A DNA stretch of 63,774 bases, the filler included, from Octopus bimaculoides (taxonomy: Eukaryota): the NCBI RefSeq assembly GCF_001194135.2. It is 6 parts of 5 records of this genome, joined end to end, with 100 filler letters (N's around TTAATTAATTAA, not from the genome) between each part and the next. Parts side by side here need not be neighbours in the genome. Positions count along the whole stretch, not along the records: positions 12,970 to 25,048 come from NC_068983.1; positions 25,149 to 55,046 come from NC_068995.1; 4 more parts are not named here. One strand, written 5' to 3'. Within the stretch, counting starts at the first letter, position 1, and each line of letters starts with the position of its first letter. Of this stretch, positions 21,181 to 32,327 are shown piece after piece. The notes under the pieces are model-generated. The model did not search any database, was not told where the DNA came from, and worked only from the letters and a program-made list of their open reading frames with translations. The translations under genes were made by a program, and so were the position numbers.

Positions 21181-23192
21181 TAGAAGTTTCTTCCCTAGTA
21201 GACGTTTAAGAGGTAGACCACCCACATTTACTTCTATGGCTAGGAAAACCCCTATAGAGAGATGGAGCAGATGGACCAGAGCCATACGGACCCCCGCAAA
21301 TGTTCATCAGGTAAAGAAAATGATCACACATGCACTAGGAGCTAGTATAAGAGTTACTCTAAACGCCACATGTTTAAGTTTAACAACAAAATATACGCCC
21401 AGGACGAGGGGGCAGCCATCGGTGTTAGTATCGCCGGTGATGTGACCAACCTTTTCATGGTATGGTGGGACAGAAGGCTTAAGGAACGCCTGACATAGAA
21501 CTCTATACTCGTGAATATGTACTCTCAATATGTCAATGATATCAACGTAGTGGTAAAGACACCCCCACAAGAGAGTACTCTTGAAATAGAAACTAATACT
21601 ATGGAGAGCATCCAGCAAATAGCTAACTTCATCCACCAGAGTATTAAGGTCATGATAGACTACCCTACTAAACACCCTAACCATAGACTACCAGTANNNN
21701 NNNNNNNNNNNNNNNNNNNNNNNNNNNNNNNNNNNNNNNNNNNNNNNNNNNNNNNNNNNNNNNNNNNNNNNNNNNNNNNNNNNNNNNNNNNNNNNNNNNN
21801 NNNNNNNNNNNNNNNNNNNNNNNNNNNNNNNNNNNNNNNNNNNNNNNNNNNNNNNNNNNNNNNNNNNNNNNNNNNNNNNNNNNNNNNNNNNNNNNNNNNN
21901 NNNNNNNNNNNNNNNNNNNNNNNNNNNNNNNNNNNNNNNNNNNNNNNNNNNNNNNNNNNNNNNNNNNNNNNNNNNNNNNNNNNNNNNNNNNNNNNNNNNN
22001 NNNNNNNNNNNNNNNNNNNNNNNNNNNNNNNNNNNNNNNNNNNNNNNNNNNNNNNNNNNNNNNNNNNNNNNNNNNNNNNNNNNNNNNNNNNNNNNNNNNN
22101 NNNNNNNNNNNNNNNNNNNNNNNNNNNNNNNNNNNNNNNNNNNNNNNNNNNNNNNNNNNNNNNNNNNNNNNNNNNNNNNNNNNNNNNNNNNNNNNNNNNN
22201 NNNNNNNNNNNNNNNNNNNNNNNNNNNNNNNNNNNNNNNNNNNNNNNNNNNNNNNNNNNNNNNNNNNNNNNNNNNNNNNNNNNNNNNNNNNNNNNNNNNN
22301 NNNNNNNNNNNNNNNNNNNNNNNNNNNNNNNNNNNNNNNNNNNNNNNNNNNNNNNNNNNNNNNNNNNNNNNNNNNNNNNNNNNNNNNNNNNNNNNNNNNN
22401 NNNNNNNNNNNNNNNNNNNNNNNNNNNNNNNNNNNNNNNNNNNNNNNNNNNNNNNNNNNNNNNNNNNNNNNNNNNNNNNNNNNNNNNNNNNNNNNNNNNN
22501 NNNNNNNNNNNNNNNNNNNNNNNNNNNNNNNNNNNNNNNNNNNNNNNNNNNNNNNNNNNNNNNNNNNNNNNNNNNNNNNNNNNNNNNNNNNNNNNNAGGC
22601 TCACTCAACAACATAGAAATTAAAATCTTGTCCACACATAAAACAGACACAGCACTTAGACAAATTACAGAAGCTACACACATAATAGAAGATAAACCTA
22701 GCTTGAATAGGAAACTGGAATGGAACACTAGCACACACCCCCAACAAACCACAACATATGACAATAAAATCCCCATAAACTGATAACAATATGAACAAAA
22801 TATAATACAATACACAGATAAACAAATGGAATTAAATAACTACATACATTAACAAAATTAAATTAAATACAAAAAAAAAGTAGGTATAAACACATGAACA
22901 AATAAATAAAAACAAATTAAACGAATATGTATAAACAGGGGATACAGATAATACAGGCACTCCCCAAACACATACATGCATTTACTAAACATAGACACAC
23001 ATAGGGGGATACACATGCGCAAATATAGACACATACAATAGGAATACAAAATACAAAATGGCTGATCGTTAGTAAGGAGGCACACACAAATAAAAAAGAA
23101 GAAAGCAAAGGACCATTGATGAGGTCACAGAAGTGTGATGTAAAAACTCTGGCCGAAATACGATTAATGTAATATAAAGCTGAAGCAAATAT
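21181..23192 (+). mobile_element. Penelope-like retroelement: RT core, C-terminal GIY-YIG end and 3' terminal region, decayed and gapped
   Basis: RGRPPTFTS...RWSRW...KKMITHAL / HMFKFNNKIYAQDEGAAIGVSIAGDVTNLFMVWWD...YSQYVNDINV...IANFIHQSIKVMIDYPTKHPNHRLPV (RT; YVDD changed to YVND, one TAG, one frameshift). After the 901-N gap: IKILSTHKTDTALRQITEATHIIEDKPSLNRKLEWN (GIY-YIG C-terminal motif). Confidence 0.85.
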
Positions 23193-23269
23193 ATAGTGCG
23201 TGTGTTTTTATTGGCTAAACTGGCAACATGACCATCCCCAAATACAACAATATGTATATATACATATAT

Positions 23270-23300
<31 letters not shown>

Positions 23301-23840
23301 GTGTATACATATATACATATATNNNNNNNNNNNNNNNNNNNNNNNNNNNNNNNNNNNNNNNNNNNNNNNNNNNNNNNNNNNNNNNNNNNNNNNNNNNNNN
23401 NNNNNNNNNNNNNNNNNNNNNNNNNNNNNNNNNNNNNNNNNNNNNNNNNNNNNNNNNNNNNNNNNNNNNNNNNNNNNNNNNNNNNNNNNNNNNNNNNNNN
23501 NNNNNNNNNNNNNNNNNNNNNNNNNNNNNNNNNNNNNNNNNNNNNNNNNNNNNNNNNNNNNNNNNNNNNNNNNNNNNNNNNNNNNNNNNNNNNNNNNNNN
23601 NNNNNNNNNNNNNNNNNNNNNNNNNNNNNNNNNNNNNNNNNNNNNNNNNNNNNNNNNNNNNNNNNNNNNNNNNNNNNNNNNNNNNNNNNNNNNNNNNNNN
23701 NNNNNNNNNNNNNNNNNNNNNNNNNNNNNNNNNNNNNNNNNNNNNNNNNNNNNNNNNNNNNNNNNNNNNNNNNNNNNNNNNNNNNNNNNNNNNNNNNNNN
23801 NNNNNNNNNNNNNNNNNNNNNNNNNNNNNNNNNNNNNNNN

Positions 23841-23880
<40 letters not shown>

Positions 23881-23882
<2 letters not shown>

Positions 23883-24925
23883 GCTGGATGCCCTTCCTAA
23901 TGTCAACCAGTCCGAGTGTGTAGTGTGTGATTTTTATGTGCCACTGGCACAGGAGCCAGTCAGGCAGGCCTGGAACCGATCACATTCAGATAATGCTTTT
24001 TACATGCCACCGGCTCAGGTGCCAGTCAGGGGTACTGGCATCAGCCACATTCGGATGGTGCTTTTTACATGCCACCAATACAGGAGCCAGTCAGACGGAC
24101 CTGGCATTGACCACATTCGGATGGTGCTTTTTATGTGTCTCTGGCAAGGGAGTCAGTCATGGGTCACTGGCCACAGCTACGATGAACCATACAAGTGCAG
24201 TTGTCTCTCTTGCACACCACATTTGATGCTTCTTAAGTCCAACTTTTCTCTCAGGGCGCTTACACTCTGTTGTGTATACACACTGACATTACACCTTCAT
24301 CTGATCATACTAGCTTCATTTCTTTCAAGCCTATGCATGTCCTCAGCAGTCATGGCCCATGTTTCACTGTGGTATAGCATGGCAGTTCACACACATGCAT
24401 CATGCAGTATACCTTTCATCCTGAGCAAGAGGCCCTTAGTTGCCAGCAGAGGTAGGAGCTCCCTGAACTTTGCCCAGGCTATTCTTATTCTAGCTGCTAC
24501 ACTTGCAGAGCAATCACCCCCACTACAGACTTGGTCACCTAGGTAATAGAAGCTATTAACTCCTTCCAGTTTCTCCCGCTGGCATGTGATGGAATCTGTT
24601 TTCTATACATCTTCAGTGTTTATTGCCCCTGTGTATCTTCCTGTTTCCACAGATTACACCGGGTACATCATATAGAGTTTCTATGCATGCCTTATTTATA
24701 GATTGAGTAGGGCCATCTACCTGAAGGGGTTTGTGATTTAACAACCTTCCTACTTACTAAAACTTTGGTTTTTGCTAGGTTAACCCCAAGGCCCTTCAAT
24801 TCTAGACCTTGCTCCCACACCCTGAACTTCGTCTCTAGTTCTGGCAGATCAAGGTCATCAGCATAGAGGAGCTCTCAGGGACAGTCTGTCTTGAATTGCT
24901 GTTATTGCCTGGAGGACTATAACAA
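23881..24925 (-). mobile_element. RTE-clade LINE 3' portion with a tandem-repeat-bearing 3' region
   Basis: ELLYADDL...GLGVNLAKTKVLVS...GRWP...NSFYYLGDQV...RIRIAWAKFRELLPLL...SETWAMTAEDMHRLERNEASMIR...ERQLH, followed by four 65-66-bp repeats and GGTTGACATTAGGAAGGGCATCCAGC. Confidence 0.85.
23931..24180. repeat. 65-66-bp minisatellite, about 3.8 units
   Basis: Units start at 23931, 23997, 24062 and 24128 (TTTTTAYRTGCCACY...GAGCCAGTCAG...CACATTCGGATGGTGC). Confidence 0.9.
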
Positions 24926-24926
24926 C

Positions 24927-24960
<34 letters not shown>

Positions 24961-24965
<5 letters not shown>

Positions 24966-25048
24966 AGGAGAGAAATGTGTTCGCATGGATGATGGTACGC
25001 TTGCATTAAATGAGGATGCAAAGAAAGAGGTCTGGAGATGCCACTACG
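24961..25048 (+). mobile_element. RTE LINE fragment (region upstream of RT), opposite orientation
   Basis: Translates VVGEKCVRMDDGTLALNEDAKKEVWRCHY and runs into the linker gap. Confidence 0.75.
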
Positions 25049-26050
25049 NNNNNNNNNNNNNNNNNNNNNNNNNNNNNNNNNNNNNNNNNNNNTTAATTAA
25101 TTAANNNNNNNNNNNNNNNNNNNNNNNNNNNNNNNNNNNNNNNNNNNNTATATATATACATACATACATACATACATACATGGATGATGGTAGTAGTGGT
25201 GGTAGAGATGGTGACGGGGATGATGGTGGTGGGGTACGGTGGCGGTGGGGGTGGTAGTGATGGTGATGGTAGTAATGATGATGATGATGATGACGATAAC
25301 AATGCTGATGGTGGAGGTGGTGATGGTAGCCACGCCGATGATGATGGTAATAAAGATAATTAGTATGATGAATTTGAATATGAAATTGATGATGGTGATG
25401 ATGATGACGATGATGATGATGATGATGATGATGATGAAGACGAAGATGATGATGACGATGATGATGATGATGACGATGAAGATGATGATGATGATGATGA
25501 TGTTGAAGATACTAGTAGTAGTCCTAGAAGCGAAATAAGTGCCAAATTCCTTATTCAGTTGGCCAAAACTAATTCTCTTCTCGGTTCTTATTCTTCCTCG
25601 TCTCCAATTCTGTTGTTGCGGCAGCCTTGATTCTTTTTCTTCAGTTTTTCCAATAAAAAATTGGTCGAAGAGCAACAGGAAATATAAATGGCAGATAACC
25701 ACAGAGAGAGAGGGAGAGAGAGAGAGAGAGAGAGAGGGAGGGAGATAGATAGGAAGATAGACAGATAGATAGAGAGAGAGAGACGGTGGATGGGTGGGAG
25801 GAACAAGTGTATCGATGAGAAAATATGATGGAAGAATGGCGAAGAAAAAGTTCTGTGGAGAATCTCGTCAATTACCAAAATTGTTCCATCAATCTAAGCA
25901 GCGCCATTAATGAGATGAAATAGCTTCGAAAATAGTTTTAACAATTCCAGGAATTGAAGAAAATGGTCGATGGTTTAGTATTATTAACATGTTAATATAG
26001 ATTTAATGTATCGATACATCTATGTCTGTCTGTGTGTCTGTCCGCCTCTG

Positions 26051-26095
<45 letters not shown>

Positions 26096-26110
26096 TTATC
26101 TATCTATCTA

Positions 26111-26141
<31 letters not shown>

Positions 26142-26267
26142 CGTTTAATAAATTATTCATCACAGATAAAATTATATGAAATAAAACAATTATTTTATCT
26201 TCGTATTCCTCCATTCCCATTTCTCTCTCTTTTTTTTCTCTCTCTCTCTCTTTCTCTCTCCCTCTTT

Positions 26268-26328
<61 letters not shown>

Positions 26329-26456
26329 AGCAAAAATTTAGATTCAGATGAATGAGGTACTTAAGTTGAAGCACCAGAATTTAGTACGTTATTATCCATA
26401 CAATTTCAAAATAAGGTGAATAAAATCAAAATAAGCAGCAAGGATATCCAGGGGTA

Positions 26457-26544
26457 ATGCAGTACGGTCGTTTCAAGCAACTCCATTTAATTGAACAATG
26501 CAATCATTACATCAATTTAAATGCAGAGCAATCCTCAGCTGCAT
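26457..26544 (-). ncRNA. Type I hammerhead ribozyme motif with long stem II
   Basis: ATGCAG-CTGAGGA-[57-nt hairpin: CTC/GAG, CATTT/AAATG, AATTGA/TCAATT]-GAAA-C(GACC)G-TA-CTGCAT. Perfect 6-bp stem I, intact core and GUA cleavage triplet; the base of stem II is mispaired. Confidence 0.7.
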
Positions 26545-26769
26545 AAAGATATTGAATTAAATTGAATTAAAACAGATGGACACATTAGTATAACTTTACC
26601 TAAAACCTCTAAGGAGATAGACAAAGAACATGCTGTCTTCACTTCAGCTTAGAAGGTACTAAGGTATCAGGAAGAACGACTTGTTAGAGATCTAGCTTGT
26701 CACTGTTTTTTGGGGGTCAGTTTTAATTTATGGTCTTGTTTATCAAATCTTTGTATATCAAAATCTAAG

Positions 26770-26781
26770 GCTACATATGTG

Positions 26782-26821
<40 letters not shown>

Positions 26822-27018
26822 TTTGTGTCTGTGTTTGTCTCCCAACCATTGCTTGCTCATATTGATGTGTTTACATTTCCATAATCTAGCGGCTCGGCAA
26901 AAGTGACCGATAAAACAAAAACAAAGTTTTAAAAAAATAAAAGTCCCGGGGTTGATTTATTCAACTAAAAATTCTTGAAGGCGGTGCCCCATCATGGCCG
27001 CAACCTACTGACTGTAAC
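26770..27018 (+). mobile_element. SINE family B, 3' half starting at its (TG)n tract
   Basis: (TG)n-CTTTGTGTCTGTGTTTGTCTCCC...CGGCAAAAGTGACCGAT...GGCGGTGCCCCATCATGGCCGCA. Confidence 0.85.
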
Positions 27019-27380
27019 NNNNNNNNNNNNNNNNNNNNNNNNNNNNNNNNNNNNNNNNNNNNNNNNNNNNNNNNNNNNNNNNNNNNNNNNNNNNNNNNNN
27101 NNNNNNNNNNNNNNNNNNNNNNNNNNNNNNNNNNNNNNNNNNNNNNNNNNNNNNNNNNNNNNNNNNNNNNNNNNNNNNNNNNNNNNNNNNNNNNNNNNNN
27201 NNNNNNNNNNNNNNNNNNNNNNNNNNNNNNNNNNNNNNNNNNNNNNNNNNNNNNNNNNNNNNNNNNNNNNNNNNNNNNNNNNNNNNNNNNNNNNNNNNNN
27301 NATCGGGGAAATAATTGTTATTCAGAGAAGAGTTTTTGGCGGATTAGAAGGTCAGTCGCAGCGGAGCATTTACTGATAGC

Positions 27381-27411
<31 letters not shown>

Positions 27412-28372
27412 ATGATGATGATGATGATGATGATAATGCAGGTAATTAGTATGAGGAATATGAACATGAACGTGAATATGAATATGATGATGGTGATGAT
27501 GATGATGGTGGTGATGATGATGATGGTGGTGGTGGTGGTGATGGTGATGATGACGACGATGTTAGTGATGATAATGATGATGTTGGTGATGATAATGGTG
27601 ATGATGATGGTGGTGATAATGATGATGATGATAGTGGTGGTGGTGGTGTATGTATGTATGTATCTATGCATGTATGTATCTATGCATGTATGTATCTATG
27701 CATGTATGCATGCATGCATGTATGTTTGTATGTATGTATGCATTTATGTATGTATGCATGTATGTATGTCTGTAAGCATGCATGCATGTATGTGTGTATG
27801 TATGTATACGAACGTGTTTCCGTGCAACTTGTTCCTGCTCGTCCCTGTTTGGTGATCTTTCACATAAAGTCTCTCTCTTCTCTTTTCATCTGTTCTTTTT
27901 TTCTTTCCCTTTCTTTTCACCATCAATTATGTTCGACTCCGTTGGGATCGTTGGTTCCGTCTGCTAACGCCGCCATGTTGAAATTAGAAAACAATGCACC
28001 GAGCCTTGCCAGAAATCACAAACACGAATATGAAGAGAATACTTAAAAAACAAATAATAAAATGATAAATAAATGTTAAAAACAAACTGTTCTTTTGTCT
28101 AGGAAACTTAAGGTCTGCGTTAGTCCAAACTCAAACTTTCCTGAAAGTATTCCATGATTAAAGGAAATACAAAGAAACATTTTTTTAAAATTATGAAATC
28201 CGCAATTCTTTTTCAAGCGGGATCTCTGTGACGATGAGGATAATGATGATAATAATGATGATGATGATTTCTAACCAAAGCACAAAACTTGTATAATAAT
28301 CATGATGATGATGAAAATAATAATAATAACAGCAACAACAATAACAACAACAACAACAACAACGACGACGAT

Positions 28373-28423
<51 letters not shown>

Positions 28424-28435
28424 TATTTCTACTGG

Positions 28436-28637
28436 GAAGCACAAGGCCTCAGAGTTGGGGGAAGGGATTAAGTCGATTACATCGACCCAAGTGTTTCACT
28501 GGTACTTAATTTATCGACCCCGAAAGGATGGAAGGCAAAGTCGAGCTTGGCGGAATTTGAACTCAAAACGTAGCGACGGTCGAAATACCATTAAGCATTT
28601 CTTCCAGCGTACTAACGATTCTGTCCGCTCACTGCCT
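28436..28637 (-). mobile_element. SINE family A
   Basis: GATTAAGTCGATTACATCGACCC...CTGGTACTTAATTTATCGACCCCGAAAGGATGGAAGGCAAAGTCGAGCTTGGCGGAATTTGAACTC. Confidence 0.9.
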
Positions 28638-28640
28638 TTA

Positions 28641-28696
<56 letters not shown>

Positions 28697-28744
28697 ATAA
28701 TAATAATGATAATAATAACAATAATAAAGATAATAATAATAATA

Positions 28745-29008
<264 letters not shown>

Positions 29009-29624
29009 CAACAACAACGATGATGATGATGACGACAACGACGATGATGGTGATGATGATGATGATGACGATGATGATTATATGAAAAGAAACATATATT
29101 GCCAATGATCCCCATGAAAAAGATATCGCCTAATCGAAGTATTAGTTCAAAAATCCGAAAATATATCTGTAGAAAATTGTAGAATAATCCAAATGAAAAT
29201 GAGGAAAGAGAAATAAGGTAAGTGGCAGATTAAAATATAAGTCATCACCATAAAGCAGAAGCATTAGGGGATAGCTTAAAGGGACGTACACAAATGCAAA
29301 AGCCAAACACCAGACACAAACAACAGGTACAACTATACACTGCGCACATAATTCATAAGGTTCTTTCGGCATAATGGAAATAACACAGAAAAACTAACAA
29401 CAAATAGCAAAGATAATAAAAGACTGCACTCACCCAAGACTCACAGAGCGGCGCTCGTTCGGACAGAGAACGTAGACAATAGAAATAAAATTACTGTAAA
29501 ATACTAATAGTGATGACGATGAAGACGAGGAAAAAGCTGCAATCCAATATATGCACACACACACACTTACACACACACACACACACACACATATATAATT
29601 AATATTTTGTATTTCTGTTGGAAC

Positions 29625-29772
29625 TACTTCAGTTTAATACCAAATCCACTCACAAGGCTTTGGTCATCCCGAGGCTATAGTAGAAGACACTTGCCCAAGG
29701 TGCCATGCAGTGGGACTGAACCCGGAACCATGTGGTTGGGAAGCAACTTTCTTACCACATAGCCACGCCTGT
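29625..29772 (-). mobile_element. SINE family B, 5' half
   Basis: CAAATCCACTCACAAGGCTTTGGTC...GAAGACACTTGCCCAAGGTGCCATGCAGTGGGACTGAACCCGGAACCATGTGG...CCACATAGCCACGCC. Confidence 0.9.
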
Positions 29773-30775
29773 ATATATATGTATACATATACATACATAT
29801 ATATATATATCTGCCTGGACATTTATATCCCTCCTCTTACTATAAATATATACATACATACATACATACACATATATATATACATATACGTATAGACGTA
29901 TATATACATACATACATACATATATACACACATACATACATATATATATGATGCAGATAAATCTATACATACATTTATACATGCACACATGTANNNNNNN
30001 NNNNNNNNNNNNNNNNNNNNNNNNNNNNNNNNNNNNNNNNNNNNNNNNNNNNNNNNNNNNNNNNNNNNNNNNNNNNNNNNNNNNNNNNNNNNNNNNNNNN
30101 NNNNNNNNNNNNNNNNNNNNNNNNNNNNNNNNNNNNNNNNNNNNNNNNNNNNNNNNNNNNNNNNNNNNNNNNNNNNNNNNNNNNNNNNNNNNNNNNNNNN
30201 NNNNNNNNNNNNNNNNNNNNNNNNNNNNNNNNNNNNNNNNNNNNNNNNNNNNNNNNNNNNNNNNNNNNNNNNNNNNNNNNNNNNNNNNNNNNNNNNNNNN
30301 NNNNNNNNNNNNNNNNNNNNNNNNNNNNNNNNNNNNNNNNNNNNNNNNNNNNNNNNNNNNNNNNNNNNNNNNNNNNNNNNNNNNNNNNNNNNNNNNNNNN
30401 NNNNNNNNNNNNNNNNNNNNNNNNNNNNNNNNNNNNNNNNNNNNNNNNNNNNNNNNNNNNNNNNNNNNNNNNNNNNNNNNNNNNNNNNNNNNNNNNNNNN
30501 NNNNNNNNNNNNNNNNNNNNNNNNNNNNNNNNNNNNNNNNNNNNNNNNNNNNNNNNNNNNNNNNNNNNNNNNNNNNNNNNNNNNNNNNNNNNNNNNNNNN
30601 NNNNNNNNNNNNNNNNNNNNNNNNNNNNNNNNNNNNNNNNNNNNNNNNNNNNNNNNNNNNNNNNNNNNNNNNNNNNNNNNNNNNNNNNNNNNNNNNNNNN
30701 NNNNNNNNNNNNNNNNNNNNNNNNNNNNNNNNNNNNNNNNNNNNNNNNNNNNNNNNNNNNNNNNNNNNNNNNNNN

Positions 30776-30820
<45 letters not shown>

Positions 30821-31083
30821 AACGAAAAAACGAAGCGTAATATCAATAGAAACGATTTAAATGTCAAAGGTCAAATAGAATAAAAAATGTATAATAAATA
30901 AAAAGACAAGTGCTGTGTGTATCTGCAAGTAACAATTTTATTCAAAAAAGTTTTATCATTTTCATTATTATTGTTATTATTATTAGTGTTATTATTCTTA
31001 TTTCATTTTTCTTTTTTTCTTTCTTTCTTTCAATTAGTATTATTATTATTATATATATATATTTTTGGCAGTATGCAATGGGC

Positions 31084-31146
31084 ACAGCCAATGAAAAGTG
31101 AGAAATAAACAGCCAATGAAAATTGTGAATTAACAGCCAATGGAAA
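31084..31146 (+). promoter_or_regulatory. Three AGCCAATG (CCAAT-box/NF-Y-like) motifs at 24-25 bp spacing
   Basis: CCAAT starts at 31088, 31113 and 31137. It could equally be a short minisatellite. Confidence 0.3.
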
Positions 31147-31340
31147 TTGGAGCATGACAGCGATGTGTCGATTCATTTATACATCTCTTCAGAACATATC
31201 GATTCTTTAACGAGATTTACCGACCGTCAACAACCCGTTGGTATTACGTCTTCTCGACAGTTGTGAATCTCATAGAAAAAAACAAAACAACCCAGAATTC
31301 TAACATTCACTCTCAAGGAACAAATAGGAACGCAAAAACG

Positions 31341-31374
<34 letters not shown>

Positions 31375-31774
31375 NNNNNNNNNNNNNNNNNNNNNNNNNN
31401 NNNNNNNNNNNNNNNNNNNNNNNNNNNNNNNNNNNNNNNNNNNNNNNNNNNNNNNNNNNNNNNNNNNNNNNNNNNNNNNNNNNNNNNNNNNNNNNNNNNN
31501 NNNNNNNNNNNNNNNNNNNNNNNNNNNNNNNNNNNNNNNNNNNNNNNNNNNNNNNNNNNNNNNNNNNNNNNNNNNNNNNNNNNNNNNNNNNNNNNNNNNN
31601 NNNNNNNNNNNNNNNNNNNNNNNNNNNNNNNNNNNNNNNNNNNNNNNNNNNNNNNNNNNNNNNNNNNNNNNNNNNNNNNNNNNNNNNNNNNNNNNNNNNN
31701 NNNNNNNNNNNNNNNNNNNNNNNNNNNNNNNNNNNNNNNNNNNNNNNNNNNNNNNNNNNNNNNNNNNNNNNNNN

Positions 31775-31807
<33 letters not shown>

Positions 31808-32235
31808 TATACATACACATATATATATATATGACATGAACCGATTATTTGTATAAGAAATATTGAAATGTATTGCTACTATATGTTTTTGTTTAATTCA
31901 ATTAGGCAAAAAAAAAAAAAGGGAAAAGAATTATCAAATAAACAAATCCGTAAATAAGGAAAATAATTAAAAAAATCTTAGAATAGAATTCGGATAAGAC
32001 GTAATTGAAGAGATGAAATGATTAACATGAGTTGCATTTAGCATACCATCTCGTATCCAGAGCAGAAAAATTCATTAAAAAAAGAAAACTTTCTCTCATA
32101 CACACGTTAAAAGAAAACCAATTTTTTTTTGTTGAGGTTGTCATGGAAATAAAAACAATAATAATAATGCTAAAAAGCGTTGCTTGTTTCTCTGAAAATG
32201 AAGCGGACCAAAAGAAAAAAAAAAAATTCTTTGAG

Positions 32236-32327
32236 CAAGATGGCGGACTGTTGATGAATTAGTTTAAGAGAGCTCTTTTCTAGAAGGAGAGAGAGAGAGA
32301 AACGAATAATCTGATCTGACTTCCGGT
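32236..32327. promoter_or_regulatory. YY1-like CAAGATGGCGG plus ETS-like ACTTCCGGT motif pair
   Basis: Exact motif matches at 32236-32246 and 32319-32327 in otherwise AT-rich DNA. Confidence 0.3.

Noticed and set aside
21490-21500. In-frame stop in the PLE RT as a possible selenocysteine codon
   Set aside because: The codon is TAG, not TGA. The copy also has a frameshift and a YVND catalytic change, so this is ordinary decay.
23931-24180. CRISPR-like array or twister ribozyme
   Set aside because: Contiguous diverged tandem units without unique spacers, in a eukaryotic LINE context. Twister core and pseudoknots could not be fitted.
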